Source of the DNA: Oceanispirochaeta sp.
GTDB lineage: Bacteria; Spirochaetota; Spirochaetia; DSM-2461
Reading direction: 5' to 3'
NCBI GenBank assembly: GCA_963663385.2
Contig: CAXXXD010000004.1
Coordinates: 1,088,001 to 1,152,000 of the forward strand
DNA length: 64,000 nucleotides
Within the stretch, counting starts at the first letter, position 1. Each line of letters opens with the position of its first letter. Positions 9,715-22,261 of this stretch are shown one piece after another. The position numbers and the translations under genes were made by a program. The notes beneath the pieces were generated by a model. That model was not told the origin of the DNA and searched no databases. It saw only the letters and a program-made list of their open reading frames with translations.

Positions 9715-10482
9715 ATGACTCCTGCAGAAACTCTCATGGACGCCTTATCCTCTTTTCCTGTTGTGCAGAATCCCCGGGGAGCTGTCATTATCTGTCCTGG
9801 CGGAGGATACGAGATGCTGGCAGACAGAGAGGCCGAACCGGTCGCAGCGGCATTTGCCGACAGCGGCTGGCAGCCCTTTGTGCTCCGGTATCCCATAAAA
9901 GAAGAATCCGGATCTGCTCCGCTTTTATCAGGGCCTCTAAAGTCGCTGGGCCGGGCTGTTTCCATAGTGAGGAGAAAAGATTTTTCCTCTGTGGTTCTCT
10001 GTGGTTTTTCTGCGGGGGGACATCTGGCTGCTTCCCTGGGGGTGCATTGGCCGGACCTGGTCGATCAGTTCGGTGACTGTCGTCCGGATGCTCTCATCCT
10101 CAGTTATCCTGTGATCTCCATGAAAAGCCACTTTCATGAGGGCTCTATGCTGAATCTGACAGGGGCTGACCCGGAATGGCGGGATTACTTCTCTCTGGAA
10201 AATCAGGCTGGTCCGGACTCGGTTCCCGCTTTTCTCTGGCATACCTGTGATGACAGGGATGTCCCGGTGGAAAACTCCCTGATGTTCTTTTCCGCTCTCA
10301 GATCAGCAGGCGTTACCAGTGAACTGCATATTTTCCCCAGGGGCGAGCATGGCCTGTCTCTGGCTACGCCAGAGGTGGACCAACCGGAAAAGAACCGCTA
10401 TGCGGATTCTCATGTGGCGAAGTGGTTTTCTCTCTCTATCGGATGGCTTGAGGAAATTCTGGGAACTCCTGCAGGTCAGTGA
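9715..10482 (+). CDS. Alpha/beta hydrolase (carbohydrate acetylesterase-like)
   Basis: PGGGY oxyanion motif, GFSAGG nucleophile, DRDVP, HG. ATG at 9715 preferred because it follows GGGGA and does not overlap dctM. Confidence 0.85.
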   Translation: MTPAETLMDALSSFPVVQNPRGAVIICPGGGYEMLADREAEPVAAAFADSGWQPFVLRYPIKEESGSAPLLSGPLKSLGRAVSIVRRKDFSSVVLCGFSAGGHLAASLGVHWPDLVDQFGDCRPDALILSYPVISMKSHFHEGSMLNLTGADPEWRDYFSLENQAGPDSVPAFLWHTCDDRDVPVENSLMFFSALRSAGVTSELHIFPRGEHGLSLATPEVDQPEKNRYADSHVAKWFSLSIGWLEEILGTPAGQ

Positions 10483-10511
10483 TTAAATACAAGAAACTTA
10501 TGGATTAAAAA

Positions 10512-11639
10512 ATGAAAGATGAATTCAATACAACATTAGCGGACTCTCAGGGTACATCTGTTACTCCTCTTGCTGCAGAAGATTTTAACCTGGAAGCATT
10601 TGCCGATTACGAAGCGTCGCTTCTGGATGGGTGTGGAAAATTCTGGCAGGCAGAAGACGGCGTAGCCGTTTACCGGAGGGTCAGAGTTCCCGAAGTATTT
10701 TCATGGGCATGCCGGGATAGAAAAACTTCTCTGGAACTTCAGCTGGCGGGGTTGAAGAAAAGTATGGCATACAAAGCGGATATTCCCAATTTTCTGGAAC
10801 CCTGGTACGGGATCGGAGTTGTCTCCAGTGCCTTCGGGGTCCCCTATATCTGGAAAGACGGGCAGGCTCCGGCTGTGGAAGGGCCTTATAAAACCGCTAG
10901 AGAAGCCATTAATTGCTGCAGGACCTCTGTGAAAGAGAGTCCCGAGGGGAAACGGGTTCTGGAGATGATTGAGTACTTTCTGGATCAGACCGGAGGGAAA
11001 ATCCCTCTCAGCCCGGGAGATACTCAATCTCCTCTCAATATTGTTTCCTCCTATCTGATGGACTCCTCAGCCTTTATGTTTGAGATTTTTGATCATCCCG
11101 ATGATCTGAAAGAACTGATTGATACTGTTGCGGAACTGGAAAAGGATTTTCTGGATGAACAGATCAAACTGATTGGTGATGCGCTGGTTAAACCGGGGCA
11201 TGGATTTGCCTCCTGCCGGTCTTTTGAAGGGATCGGGTTCAGTGATGACAATATTCTTATGTTCAGTGATGATGACTACAGCCATCTTGGTATTCCATCC
11301 ATGACGGCGGCCTCCGGATCTTTCGAAGGATCTGTATTTCATTCCTGCGGAGACTGGTCTCCGAGAGCTGATCTGGTTAAATCCATTCCTTCTCTGCTTA
11401 TGGCTGACGGGGCTGTGGGAAATCAGACCGATCCCTCGCCCAATGATCCGGAAACTCTGGGAAAAGCCTTTGCCCGTTCCGGTAAGGTTCTGCATGTGAG
11501 AATTGTCGGCTCTGCCGAAACGGTGCTCGAATATTACGGAAGATTGAAACGGGAAGGGCTGAAATGTATTGTTACAACCTATTGCGAGACTCCGCCAGAT
11601 CAGGAAAAAGTGTACAGAGGGATTCATGAGTCTGCCTGA
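10512..11639 (+). CDS. Uroporphyrinogen decarboxylase / MtaA-CmuA superfamily protein
   Basis: DTQSPLN motif, SDD and FHSCG; TIM-barrel size. Confidence 0.75.
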   Translation: MKDEFNTTLADSQGTSVTPLAAEDFNLEAFADYEASLLDGCGKFWQAEDGVAVYRRVRVPEVFSWACRDRKTSLELQLAGLKKSMAYKADIPNFLEPWYGIGVVSSAFGVPYIWKDGQAPAVEGPYKTAREAINCCRTSVKESPEGKRVLEMIEYFLDQTGGKIPLSPGDTQSPLNIVSSYLMDSSAFMFEIFDHPDDLKELIDTVAELEKDFLDEQIKLIGDALVKPGHGFASCRSFEGIGFSDDNILMFSDDDYSHLGIPSMTAASGSFEGSVFHSCGDWSPRADLVKSIPSLLMADGAVGNQTDPSPNDPETLGKAFARSGKVLHVRIVGSAETVLEYYGRLKREGLKCIVTTYCETPPDQEKVYRGIHESA

Positions 11640-11700
11640 CAGGACCCTCTGTTTCATTGATCAGGAAGTATAATTTGAAACTGAAATAAGGAACAGGTCT

Positions 11701-12741
11701 ATGAAATATGATATAACATTCCATCCCTCCTGGTGGAATCAGAAGCTGGGAATCAGGTTTACAGAAAAATTCTTTGATGATCCGGAATATAGAATCGCTT
11801 CGGATGTGAAAATGCGCCGGTTTCTTTTTGAGAAATTCGGAGAATGGGGAATCGGGGAGGAACATCCCGAACCCAGACCCCTCCTGGGGAGTGATCTCAT
11901 TGCCAGCGGTTATCTCTATTCCGGAATCCTGGGTTGTGACATTCGTTTCAGTGAGGAGGCTCCCCCGGAAGTGATCTGCGCTGCCCTGTCAGAAAAGGAT
12001 GCTTTGGATTTTGCTGCCCCCTCCCTGGAAAGCAGTCCCGACTGGCAGATTGTGGAAAAGCAGATCGCATGGCTTCAGAAAGAGTACGGATACGTCCATT
12101 CTGCGATTAATCTGCAGGGTATACTGAATCTTGCCCTGGATATCAGGGGAGATTCCATCTTTATTGATATGTATCAGAATGAAAAGGGCGCCAGAAATCT
12201 TTTTGACCAGTGTTTTAACCTTTCTGTACAGGTGGGAAGAAGGCTGTCCGAGGTCTCAGACTACTTGTCCGGAGGCGTTACGGCCATTACCAATTTTCTG
12301 GATATTTCAAAACTCTATGTTCATTCAAACTGCTCCGTGGAAATGATCTCTCTGGACAGCTACCGGGAATTCCTTCTGGAATATGACAAAAAGCTTTCCG
12401 GAATTTTTCAGCCATACGGGATTCACCACTGCGGTCAGTCCATGGAACATGTGGCAGAAGGTTATGCGGAAATTCCAGATCTGGTTTTTGCCGAAGTGGG
12501 TGCCGGATCGGATATTGCCAAGGTTAGAAATGTACTGTCCGGCTGCCGGCTGAATTTGCGCTATTCTCCAGTGAAATTGGCAGATGTGAATGAAGAGGTG
12601 TTGAGGGAAGACCTTTGCAGGATGGTTAAGGACGCCGGAGGAGGGGATCCCTCTGTATCTGTTTCCTGTGTGGGAATTGACAAATCTGTTCCGGATTCTC
12701 ATATTGTAAAATTTCTGGAGATACTCAAGGATCAAGTGTAG
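11701..12741 (+). CDS. URO-D / methylcobamide methyltransferase-like protein
   Basis: NLQGILNLALDIRG, SNCSVEMIS, IHHCG and a distal Cys (VSCVG). Confidence 0.65.
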   Translation: MKYDITFHPSWWNQKLGIRFTEKFFDDPEYRIASDVKMRRFLFEKFGEWGIGEEHPEPRPLLGSDLIASGYLYSGILGCDIRFSEEAPPEVICAALSEKDALDFAAPSLESSPDWQIVEKQIAWLQKEYGYVHSAINLQGILNLALDIRGDSIFIDMYQNEKGARNLFDQCFNLSVQVGRRLSEVSDYLSGGVTAITNFLDISKLYVHSNCSVEMISLDSYREFLLEYDKKLSGIFQPYGIHHCGQSMEHVAEGYAEIPDLVFAEVGAGSDIAKVRNVLSGCRLNLRYSPVKLADVNEEVLREDLCRMVKDAGGGDPSVSVSCVGIDKSVPDSHIVKFLEILKDQV

Positions 12742-12793
12742 TCAGCTCAACCATTTTATTCTAAAGAATGGTTTGCATCTCTGCTGTCAATTG

Positions 12794-13912
12794 TCATTGA
12801 ACCAGGCGGTTCAACACCATCAGGCTGTTTCCGGAATAACCGGGGAATGGCCGGGGATGGAGTATTCGGATTTTATCCATAATATAGTCCCTTTTTTCCC
12901 TGTTGAGGATCACTTTCCGAAGGGATGTTCCCGGAATCTCATCATAGTGATAACCGATCGGTGCTGTTGAGGGAGAGAGTCTTTGCCTGTCGTACCAGTA
13001 AACCAGCTGTATTTCCTCTTCATGTATCTCTATAGCGGTAATTCCCCGTTTTCCTATGGCGCAGCCGGAATTGAAAAGACAGGGCAGCAGTTCGTCCGAG
13101 CTGTACAGCTCGCTGATATGAAACTCGCTTTTATGCTTCATTTCCCGCAGCTCTTCCTGGTATTGAAAAATCTCCTTTCTTATCCTGAGCTGTTCCGGAG
13201 AGCCGGCTTCCCTATAGCGGCGGACCAGATCCTCTATTCTGTATTTCAGGCTGTCCCGTTTTGAATGGGACTCAAACAGGGGCCTGTGGGTATGACCGAT
13301 TATGGAGATCAGTCCCAGCTCACGGGAAGCTTCATAGGCTTTTACTTCCGTTTTGATTTTCTTTCTGCTGTCAGGCGACTTGGAAAAATTCATAATGCCC
13401 AGGGGGTAGGCAATAAACTGCAATGTAAGCTTGCAGAGGGTTTCAAATCGCTGCAGGAGCTCTGAAAACTGATGGCCGTGATAAACAAGAATCGAGTCCT
13501 GATCCTTATGCAGTTCCAGGCTTTCATATATGGGAAAGGGATAATCGAAATTGGGATTTGAAAGAATCAGATCGTGATTTCCGACAGTTTTATGAAGCCT
13601 TCCTGAATTCTGAAACTGTTCAAAGACGGAATAGAGGTCTTTCCACTGTTTCCATATCTGTTCCCAGCGAAATTTATGAAGTTCTTCAATATCTCCATTA
13701 AGGATAAGGTCATAGTTCCGGGGCAGGTAGTAATCTGTCAGAATCTTCTGAAACCAGATGCCGTTTTCGGCAAAATCATCCCTGGATCCCCCGTTGCCCA
13801 TATGCAGATCACTGAAGATCACAAATCTTTTATCAGAAAGGGGGATTCTTAAGGCTTTCTCTCTGGTTTCCTGTAACAGAGATACACTGTGTATCCGGGG
13901 ATTATATTCCAT
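12794..13912 (-). CDS. Calcineurin-like metallophosphoesterase
   Basis: All five motifs present: SDLH, NGD, GNHD, HGH, GHTH; also NSG. Confidence 0.88.
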   Translation of the reverse strand: MEYNPRIHSVSLLQETREKALRIPLSDKRFVIFSDLHMGNGGSRDDFAENGIWFQKILTDYYLPRNYDLILNGDIEELHKFRWEQIWKQWKDLYSVFEQFQNSGRLHKTVGNHDLILSNPNFDYPFPIYESLELHKDQDSILVYHGHQFSELLQRFETLCKLTLQFIAYPLGIMNFSKSPDSRKKIKTEVKAYEASRELGLISIIGHTHRPLFESHSKRDSLKYRIEDLVRRYREAGSPEQLRIRKEIFQYQEELREMKHKSEFHISELYSSDELLPCLFNSGCAIGKRGITAIEIHEEEIQLVYWYDRQRLSPSTAPIGYHYDEIPGTSLRKVILNREKRDYIMDKIRILHPRPFPGYSGNSLMVLNRLVQ

Positions 13913-14006
13913 ATATCATTCAGTCTAGGGGCTGCTTCATTGGCTAGTCATGAAAAAAGTGTTAGGAATCGGCTAAAATACCGATTCCCTTATTACCCGG
14001 CCTCAA

Positions 14007-15089
14007 TCAGGCCGTCAATTCTCTGATCTTCCTGATCCGTTCAGGAATATAGTTGAAAAAACTGCAGCTGACGCGGGGCGATAATTTTTTCCCGGATGTT
14101 TCGGTTGTAAAAAAATACCGAATGATTGACGCGGTTTTTTCCGTGTCGTCACCGGTTCGGAATGTATGAAAAGGATCGGCTTTAAAGGGGAACCGGGGGA
14201 GATCCTCCAGAAAGGCGGTCAGGTCCTCTCGCAGCCTTTTCATTTCTGTCTGGCGCCCCCAGCCGCTGGCTTTCAGCATCCGGGCATTGAGCCTCTGTTC
14301 ATACTGCCCCTGCTGGGGAATGGCCAGAACCGGTTTTTTGAGAAACAGGGCTTCCGACAGGAGCTGGTGTCCCGCCGGGGCAAGAACTCCGGCGCATCCG
14401 GCTAAAGATGTCACAAAGTCTTTATCGGGACCGGGAAAGATATGAAACTCCCTGTCCGGATAATCTCCCAGTATTTCCCTTATCTCATCGGCGGAGGATT
14501 TTTTAACATAAACCAGAATATAGTCTCCCTTTTCGGGGACAGCCTGTCGAACCTCTTTTCTTAGAATAGGGCCGACATCTCCATCATAAAAAGAACAGAT
14601 CAGGTTTTTCTGCGCCGGAGGAGTCATGAAGGACGCTACAGCTTTTGCGCTGACAGCGTCGGGAAGAATCGAGAATGAACGGCGGACAACCGCCGGATGG
14701 TTCAGATTGATCAGGGGAATTTCAGCCTTGGCAGAGGCGACTGCCGTAAAGGGCTCAAAATCGCTGATCACTCCCTGAATATCATTATCTTTCATTTCCC
14801 GGGCCATTTGATCGGTAATTTTATTGAATCGGCCGATGAGGGGCATATTCATGACTATAGTTCCCCAGTAATCCACTCTATGCTTTTGAAGAGAGAAGTG
14901 GAGTCCCGGAATGGTACTGATTCGGATATCCTGACACTTCTCATACAGAAATGATTGTATGGATTCAGGGCTCCAAACGGTTATATCCAGATCTTGCCTC
15001 AGTTCCGGCCAGAGAGCGGCCGTTCGGGCGGCATGCCCCCGTCCTTCCCCATTGCATCCATAGATAATTTTCATCTTTTTATTCACCAT
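14007..15089 (-). CDS. GT-B glycosyltransferase (MJ1255/VC2487-like)
   Basis: KIIYGCNGEGRGHAAR, ISDFEP, AGHQLLSEAL, GQYEQRLNA. Start placed near 15089/15074 rather than 15182. Confidence 0.85.
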   Translation of the reverse strand: MVNKKMKIIYGCNGEGRGHAARTAALWPELRQDLDITVWSPESIQSFLYEKCQDIRISTIPGLHFSLQKHRVDYWGTIVMNMPLIGRFNKITDQMAREMKDNDIQGVISDFEPFTAVASAKAEIPLINLNHPAVVRRSFSILPDAVSAKAVASFMTPPAQKNLICSFYDGDVGPILRKEVRQAVPEKGDYILVYVKKSSADEIREILGDYPDREFHIFPGPDKDFVTSLAGCAGVLAPAGHQLLSEALFLKKPVLAIPQQGQYEQRLNARMLKASGWGRQTEMKRLREDLTAFLEDLPRFPFKADPFHTFRTGDDTEKTASIIRYFFTTETSGKKLSPRVSCSFFNYIPERIRKIRELTA

Positions 15090-15141
15090 ACCCCTTTCTA
15101 CATGGGAGATGTGAAATTTCAATATGAATCGGGTTATATTT

Positions 15142-17181
15142 TTATTTGTTTTCTTCCCTTTCATAAAGTGACTTGAGGGCATTCCATCCCTTTTTGGGGA
15201 TTCTGTAGGCGGAGCAGACTCCTTTCAGGTTGTAATTGGGGATCGGGTTGTCGGGAAACCAGACATTGTAAAAATCACAGAGGACCCAGGGGGATACACC
15301 GCAGATCCAGTTGAAATCCCGGGCCTGGTTCCAGTACTCTTTCAGGATCTGTTCCTGATACTCCTCTGAGTAGGTTCGCTTAAAGTATACTCTTTCGGCT
15401 TTCCAGTATCCGTCAGTCTCCTCTCGGTCGGGAGCCGCTCCGGCTCCGTATTCCGAGAGAATCAGAGGTCTCCCCGGCCAGCGGAGACGGATTTTTTCCA
15501 GATAACGTTTCAAATCCTCCGGTTTTCCATAGTACCAGCCGTAATAACTGTTTACCGAGAGAATATCTGCTCCTTCCCAACCTCTCTTTCTTTTATCCAG
15601 CATATCCATCCGGTAGGTCACTTCTACGACGGAAACCGGCCTGGAGGGGTCGTATTCACGGGCCACCTCTTTCAGCCAGCGGAAAATCCGGCCGCTCCGG
15701 CGCCCCAGGGTGTAGTTTTCATTTCCCAGACTCCAGAAAAGCAGAGAGGGCCTGTGCCGGTCCCTTTCTATCATTTCGATCAGCTGTCTGCGTGCATTGA
15801 GCAGGAGTTTCCTTCGGCTCAGATGCCGGATTCCTGCCAGGGTTAAGGGAAACTCACAGAGGGGCCTTCTTTCCTGTAACCATGTAAGAAATCCCATCCC
15901 GCACTGATAAAGGGGCAGTTCCTGGCTGCAGAAAAGCCCTCTCTTCTCTGCGGCAGCCAGGAACTTCCTGTCATGAGGGTAGTGGGCCAGACGGATGTAA
16001 TTGGCATGCATCCCCTGGATCAGATCAAGGTCCTCCCGGATCAGGGACGGGCTCTCCGTCGCTCCCAGCCGGGGATGATCTTCATGGCGGCTGATCCCTT
16101 TCAGGAACAGCTTCTGATCGTTCAGTTTCAGCGATTCCGGAGACACTTCCAATGTTCGGATTCCCAGATCAAGGTTCACCCTGTCTCCATGAAAACAGGT
16201 TTCCAGGGTATAATACCGGAGATTCTCCGGACTCCAGAGGCAGGGATTTTTCAACCGGAAGGTGAAGGTATGGCTTTGCATCTTTGTTTCCGGCCATTTC
16301 CGATCCTTCTGCTTTTCCAACAGCCGGCCCCGGACAGGATGATTATCCGGGTTTTTCAGGGTTAGCTGAACTGCAGATTTCTCGCCGCCTCCGCAGGTGA
16401 GGACCGAGATTTTCAACTGCATCTGATTTTTTGTGAGATACTCGTTTTCCGAGAGGATTTTTACAATATAGCTGCGGGATATCTTCTCTATCCGTACGTC
16501 CCTGTATATTCCGCCGTAGGTATGCCATCCCGGGTTATGAGCCTGCATCAATTTCGGAGGAAGAGAGTCCTTTTTCAGTTTGTTGGAGCACCGCACAGCC
16601 AGAAGGTTCTCTGTTTTCAGGTTACCTGACAGGTCAAAAAAGATTCCCGTATACCCTCCGTCAAAGTGACCGAGACTCCTTCCGTTCAGCCATACCTGTC
16701 CCCGGAGAAGAATGCCTTCAAAACAGAGGCGGTAAAAGAATCTGTCTCTATCGGTCAGCTCTTTTTCGGTCAGCTGAAATTCCTTCCAGTACCAGATTGT
16801 GCCGGTGTAATCGGTGAGTCCGCTTTCGGCGGAATTGAAACAGGAGGGAACCTCCTGAACCGTTTTCCTGTTGTCTTTTCTGTACCATTTTTTTCTCATC
16901 CCCTTTTTTCGGGGATCCAGGCGGAACCCCCAGGGACCGTTAAGGTTATAGGCAGACCGATTTGACCGGTCAAATCGGCCGGGATAGGGAAGGGCGCCGA
17001 CCATCAGCCAAGGGACGGAGCCTGTTTTCTGCAGGCTGTGGGGAACCTTGCCCGAGCGGATTTCCCGTGGCAGCCGCTGGAGGGAAAGGATGCGGAGCGG
17101 GATCAGCAGGAGTAGGAGGATTGTCAGCAGGAGTCCCGACAGGGCTATCGGGAACAATATCAATTTTATCAGGATAATCAT
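15142..17181 (-). CDS. GH2 beta-glucuronidase-like enzyme with N-terminal membrane anchor
   Basis: LNGPWGF, YGGIYRDV, LKGISRHED, IRLAHYP, WSLGNE (acid/base), SEYGA (nucleophile) and NLKG (NxKG motif of glucuronidases). Confidence 0.85.
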   Translation of the reverse strand: MIILIKLILFPIALSGLLLTILLLLLIPLRILSLQRLPREIRSGKVPHSLQKTGSVPWLMVGALPYPGRFDRSNRSAYNLNGPWGFRLDPRKKGMRKKWYRKDNRKTVQEVPSCFNSAESGLTDYTGTIWYWKEFQLTEKELTDRDRFFYRLCFEGILLRGQVWLNGRSLGHFDGGYTGIFFDLSGNLKTENLLAVRCSNKLKKDSLPPKLMQAHNPGWHTYGGIYRDVRIEKISRSYIVKILSENEYLTKNQMQLKISVLTCGGGEKSAVQLTLKNPDNHPVRGRLLEKQKDRKWPETKMQSHTFTFRLKNPCLWSPENLRYYTLETCFHGDRVNLDLGIRTLEVSPESLKLNDQKLFLKGISRHEDHPRLGATESPSLIREDLDLIQGMHANYIRLAHYPHDRKFLAAAEKRGLFCSQELPLYQCGMGFLTWLQERRPLCEFPLTLAGIRHLSRRKLLLNARRQLIEMIERDRHRPSLLFWSLGNENYTLGRRSGRIFRWLKEVAREYDPSRPVSVVEVTYRMDMLDKRKRGWEGADILSVNSYYGWYYGKPEDLKRYLEKIRLRWPGRPLILSEYGAGAAPDREETDGYWKAERVYFKRTYSEEYQEQILKEYWNQARDFNWICGVSPWVLCDFYNVWFPDNPIPNYNLKGVCSAYRIPKKGWNALKSLYEREENK

Positions 17182-17199
17182 GATAATCCACAGGAAACT

Positions 17200-18387
17200 T
17201 TAATCCCGAAGGTAGAGATCCCGTGTATAGACTTTCTCTTCCACATCAATCAGATCATTATGGAACCTGTTGGCAACAATCAGATCCGCCTTTTTTTTGA
17301 ATTTCTCCAGATTACGGTAGACCCTGGAGTTAAAAAAACGGTCCTTCTTAAAGACCGGTTCATAAACTATAACCTTAATACCCCTGGCCTTTATCCGTTT
17401 CATGATCCCCTGTACAGAGGAATCTCTGAAATTGTCTGACCCCGATTTCATGGTAAGGCGATAGATCCCAACAGTTTCAGGTTTCATTTTTATAATGGAC
17501 GCGGCAATATGGTCCTTTCTGGTCGTGTTCGCATCCACGATAGCCTGAATAATATTGTTGGGAACATCATTGTAATTGGCCAGCAGCTGTTTTGTATCCT
17601 TGGGAAGACAGTAGCCTCCGTAACCAAAGGAGGGGTTGTTGTAGAAGTCTCCGATACGCGGATCCAGGGCTACTCCCTGAATAATGGATTTGGTATTCAG
17701 TTTATGAACTTCCGCATAGGTATCCAGTTCGTTGAAGTAAGCAACCCTCAATGCCAGATAGGTATTGGAAAAGAGCTTGATAGCCTCCGCTTCGGTGGGA
17801 TCCGTATAAAGGATTTCTATATCCCTCTTCAGTGCTCCGTCTCTTAACAGGGCGGCTATCGTACCGGCCCGTTCCGATTGCTCTCCGATAATTATACGGC
17901 TGGGATAGAGGTTGTCATAGAGAGCCTTTCCCTCTCTCAGGAACTCCGGGGAGAATAAAATTTTTTTAGTTTTAAAACGATTTCGGACTTCTTTGACAAA
18001 CCCTACAGGGATTGTGGATTTGATGATGATAACCGCCTCCGGGTTAATTCTCCTAATATCTTCTATGGCACTTTCCACTGTGCCGGTGTCAAAGGAGTTC
18101 TTTTCCGGATCGTAGTTTGTCGGTGTGCAGACAAATACATACTCCGCTTCCTTATAGGCTTTTTTCTTTTTCTGCGTAACAAACAGATCAAGGTTTTTAT
18201 TGGCCAGGTAATCCTGGATGTCCCTGTCTTCCAGGGGGGATATCCCGTTATTTACAAGGGCGCCTTTCTTCTCATCCGGTTCGTAGGCGATAACCTTGTT
18301 TTTCTGTGACAGGAGGACAGACAGGGACAGTCCGACGTAGCCGATTCCGGCAATAGCGATTTGTGGCATACCCCCATATTTCTTCAC
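17200..18387 (-). CDS. ugd: UDP-glucose 6-dehydrogenase
   Basis: [41 protein letters not shown]. Start could alternatively be 18369. Confidence 0.95.
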   Translation of the reverse strand: MKKYGGMPQIAIAGIGYVGLSLSVLLSQKNKVIAYEPDEKKGALVNNGISPLEDRDIQDYLANKNLDLFVTQKKKKAYKEAEYVFVCTPTNYDPEKNSFDTGTVESAIEDIRRINPEAVIIIKSTIPVGFVKEVRNRFKTKKILFSPEFLREGKALYDNLYPSRIIIGEQSERAGTIAALLRDGALKRDIEILYTDPTEAEAIKLFSNTYLALRVAYFNELDTYAEVHKLNTKSIIQGVALDPRIGDFYNNPSFGYGGYCLPKDTKQLLANYNDVPNNIIQAIVDANTTRKDHIAASIIKMKPETVGIYRLTMKSGSDNFRDSSVQGIMKRIKARGIKVIVYEPVFKKDRFFNSRVYRNLEKFKKKADLIVANRFHNDLIDVEEKVYTRDLYLRD

Positions 18388-18532
18388 AAATACGAGGATT
18401 TGGTTTCTGTTTGATTAGAATCCGATTTAAGAGTGTTATATTTGCTTTTTCCAGTTAAATCAATAAAAAATTAATAATAAACAATCCTCTGATCAGGCCG
18501 TTTTTTGAAACTTGACAGGTTTGTAATAATAA

Positions 18533-20746
<2,214 letters not shown>

Positions 20747-20781
20747 TTCTCTGAACGGGAAAAGGAGTGCGGGATGGTTAA

Positions 20782-21183
20782 ATGAAAAAGATACTACTTG
20801 TTACAGCCGGAAATCTCTCATTATCTCTTGGGATTGCAGGGATATTTCTTCCTGTTTTGCCAACCACTCCTTTCCTGCTCCTATCAGCCGCATGTTATGT
20901 GAGAAGCTCAAAGAAGCTTTATTTATGGTTGATTCACCATAGGGTCTTTGGACTCTATATCCGTTCTTATATTCTGTATAAAGCTATCTCTCTCAGGGCT
21001 AAAATAATCTCTATTTCGGCTTTGTGGATTGTCATGGTTTCGACGATTTTTTTCTTCATCAGTTTGTCCTGGCTGAGAATTCTGCTGTTCTGTATCGGTA
21101 TCGGTGTTACGGTTTATCTGGTGTATTTAAAAACTCTGACGAAAGAGATGATTGAAATGGAGAAAAAAGAGATAAGAGAGTAG
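20782..21183 (+). CDS. YbaN/DUF454 family membrane protein
   Basis: LGIAGIFLPVLPTTPFLLLSAACY.RSS motif. Confidence 0.88.
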   Translation: MKKILLVTAGNLSLSLGIAGIFLPVLPTTPFLLLSAACYVRSSKKLYLWLIHHRVFGLYIRSYILYKAISLRAKIISISALWIVMVSTIFFFISLSWLRILLFCIGIGVTVYLVYLKTLTKEMIEMEKKEIRE

Positions 21184-21390
21184 ATCTTTAGGGCGTACTG
21201 TTTTTATCGTTTTGTAATTTTTTTTCAGGGAGGATTTTATGGGAATTAAAGGTAAGGAAATAGTCAGAATGAATCAATGTCCAAACTAAATGCTTCTATA
21301 GTATTCTTCATTTACTGTACATATAGGACAGATTTAAACTTCACGTCATACATTAAATATAGACTAGAATTAAGGATAGTATAGAGGTTT

Positions 21391-22176
21391 ATGGAAGGAA
21401 TGAAAGAACAGCAGGAAATCTTCGGTAAAAAAATAGTATTTGTTCATCCTCCTGAACTGGTAAAACAGCACATTATGGAAATCCTTTCTGAGAATGAGTA
21501 TGAAGCATACATTCTGAAAAACCATGAAAAAGTAAGTTTTATAGCAAACTCCTACCCGGAAACTCTATTCTTTATCAACCTGGATGCCGGGTTAAGCGAG
21601 TCTGAGTGGGAAGTGTTCATATTGAAAGTAAAAAAGGATATATCAGCTCTCCAATTGGGCCTTCTCTCTTTTAATATTTCCAGCCCGGATCAGATCCAGC
21701 ATTATATTCTGGATGTCGGGGTTAGCTGCGGCTTTATTCAATTGAAACAAGGGGCTAAGGTTGCAGAGGAAATGATGCTGAAGATACTGCATGCCAACGA
21801 AGCTAAAGGGCGGAGAAAATATATCCGGTATATCTGCAGAGAGTCGGATCATGTCTCTCTGAATATGAAAATTGGGGATGCTGCGATACAGGGTTCCATT
21901 CAGGATATCAGTTCCATTGGAATGGCCTGCCAGTTGTTATCATCCGAGGTTTCTCTTGTTAAAAACCAGATGGTGAAAGATATTCAGATGCGTCTCCGGG
22001 GCGCCATCATCAGTACCGGCGGTGTGGTTCTGGGTCTGCGGGATATGCCGGACGGTTCGGTAAAATATGTTATCCTCTTTACAGGCGATAAAACGGATAA
22101 AACGAAGCAGAAAATTCGTTCCTTTATACACCATTCCTATCAGAAGCGGTTTGATGAGGAATTTCAGTTAAATTAG
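21391..22176 (+). CDS. PilZ-domain protein (spirochaete type)
   Basis: RRKYIR (RxxxR) and DISSIG (DxSxxG) c-di-GMP motifs in the C-terminal domain. Confidence 0.8.
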   Translation: MEGMKEQQEIFGKKIVFVHPPELVKQHIMEILSENEYEAYILKNHEKVSFIANSYPETLFFINLDAGLSESEWEVFILKVKKDISALQLGLLSFNISSPDQIQHYILDVGVSCGFIQLKQGAKVAEEMMLKILHANEAKGRRKYIRYICRESDHVSLNMKIGDAAIQGSIQDISSIGMACQLLSSEVSLVKNQMVKDIQMRLRGAIISTGGVVLGLRDMPDGSVKYVILFTGDKTDKTKQKIRSFIHHSYQKRFDEEFQLN

Positions 22177-22261
22177 AATTCACCAAATATAAATTAGCAT
22201 ATACTCATAATATAAATTAAAATTACTTTATTGAACCATAATAAAGGAGCCTCATGGATTT

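Noticed and set aside
22177..22261. PerR/Fur box upstream of the rubredoxin-rubrerythrin genes (and katG)
   Set aside because: The regions are AT-rich, but no convincing palindrome shared by both promoters could be identified by eye.
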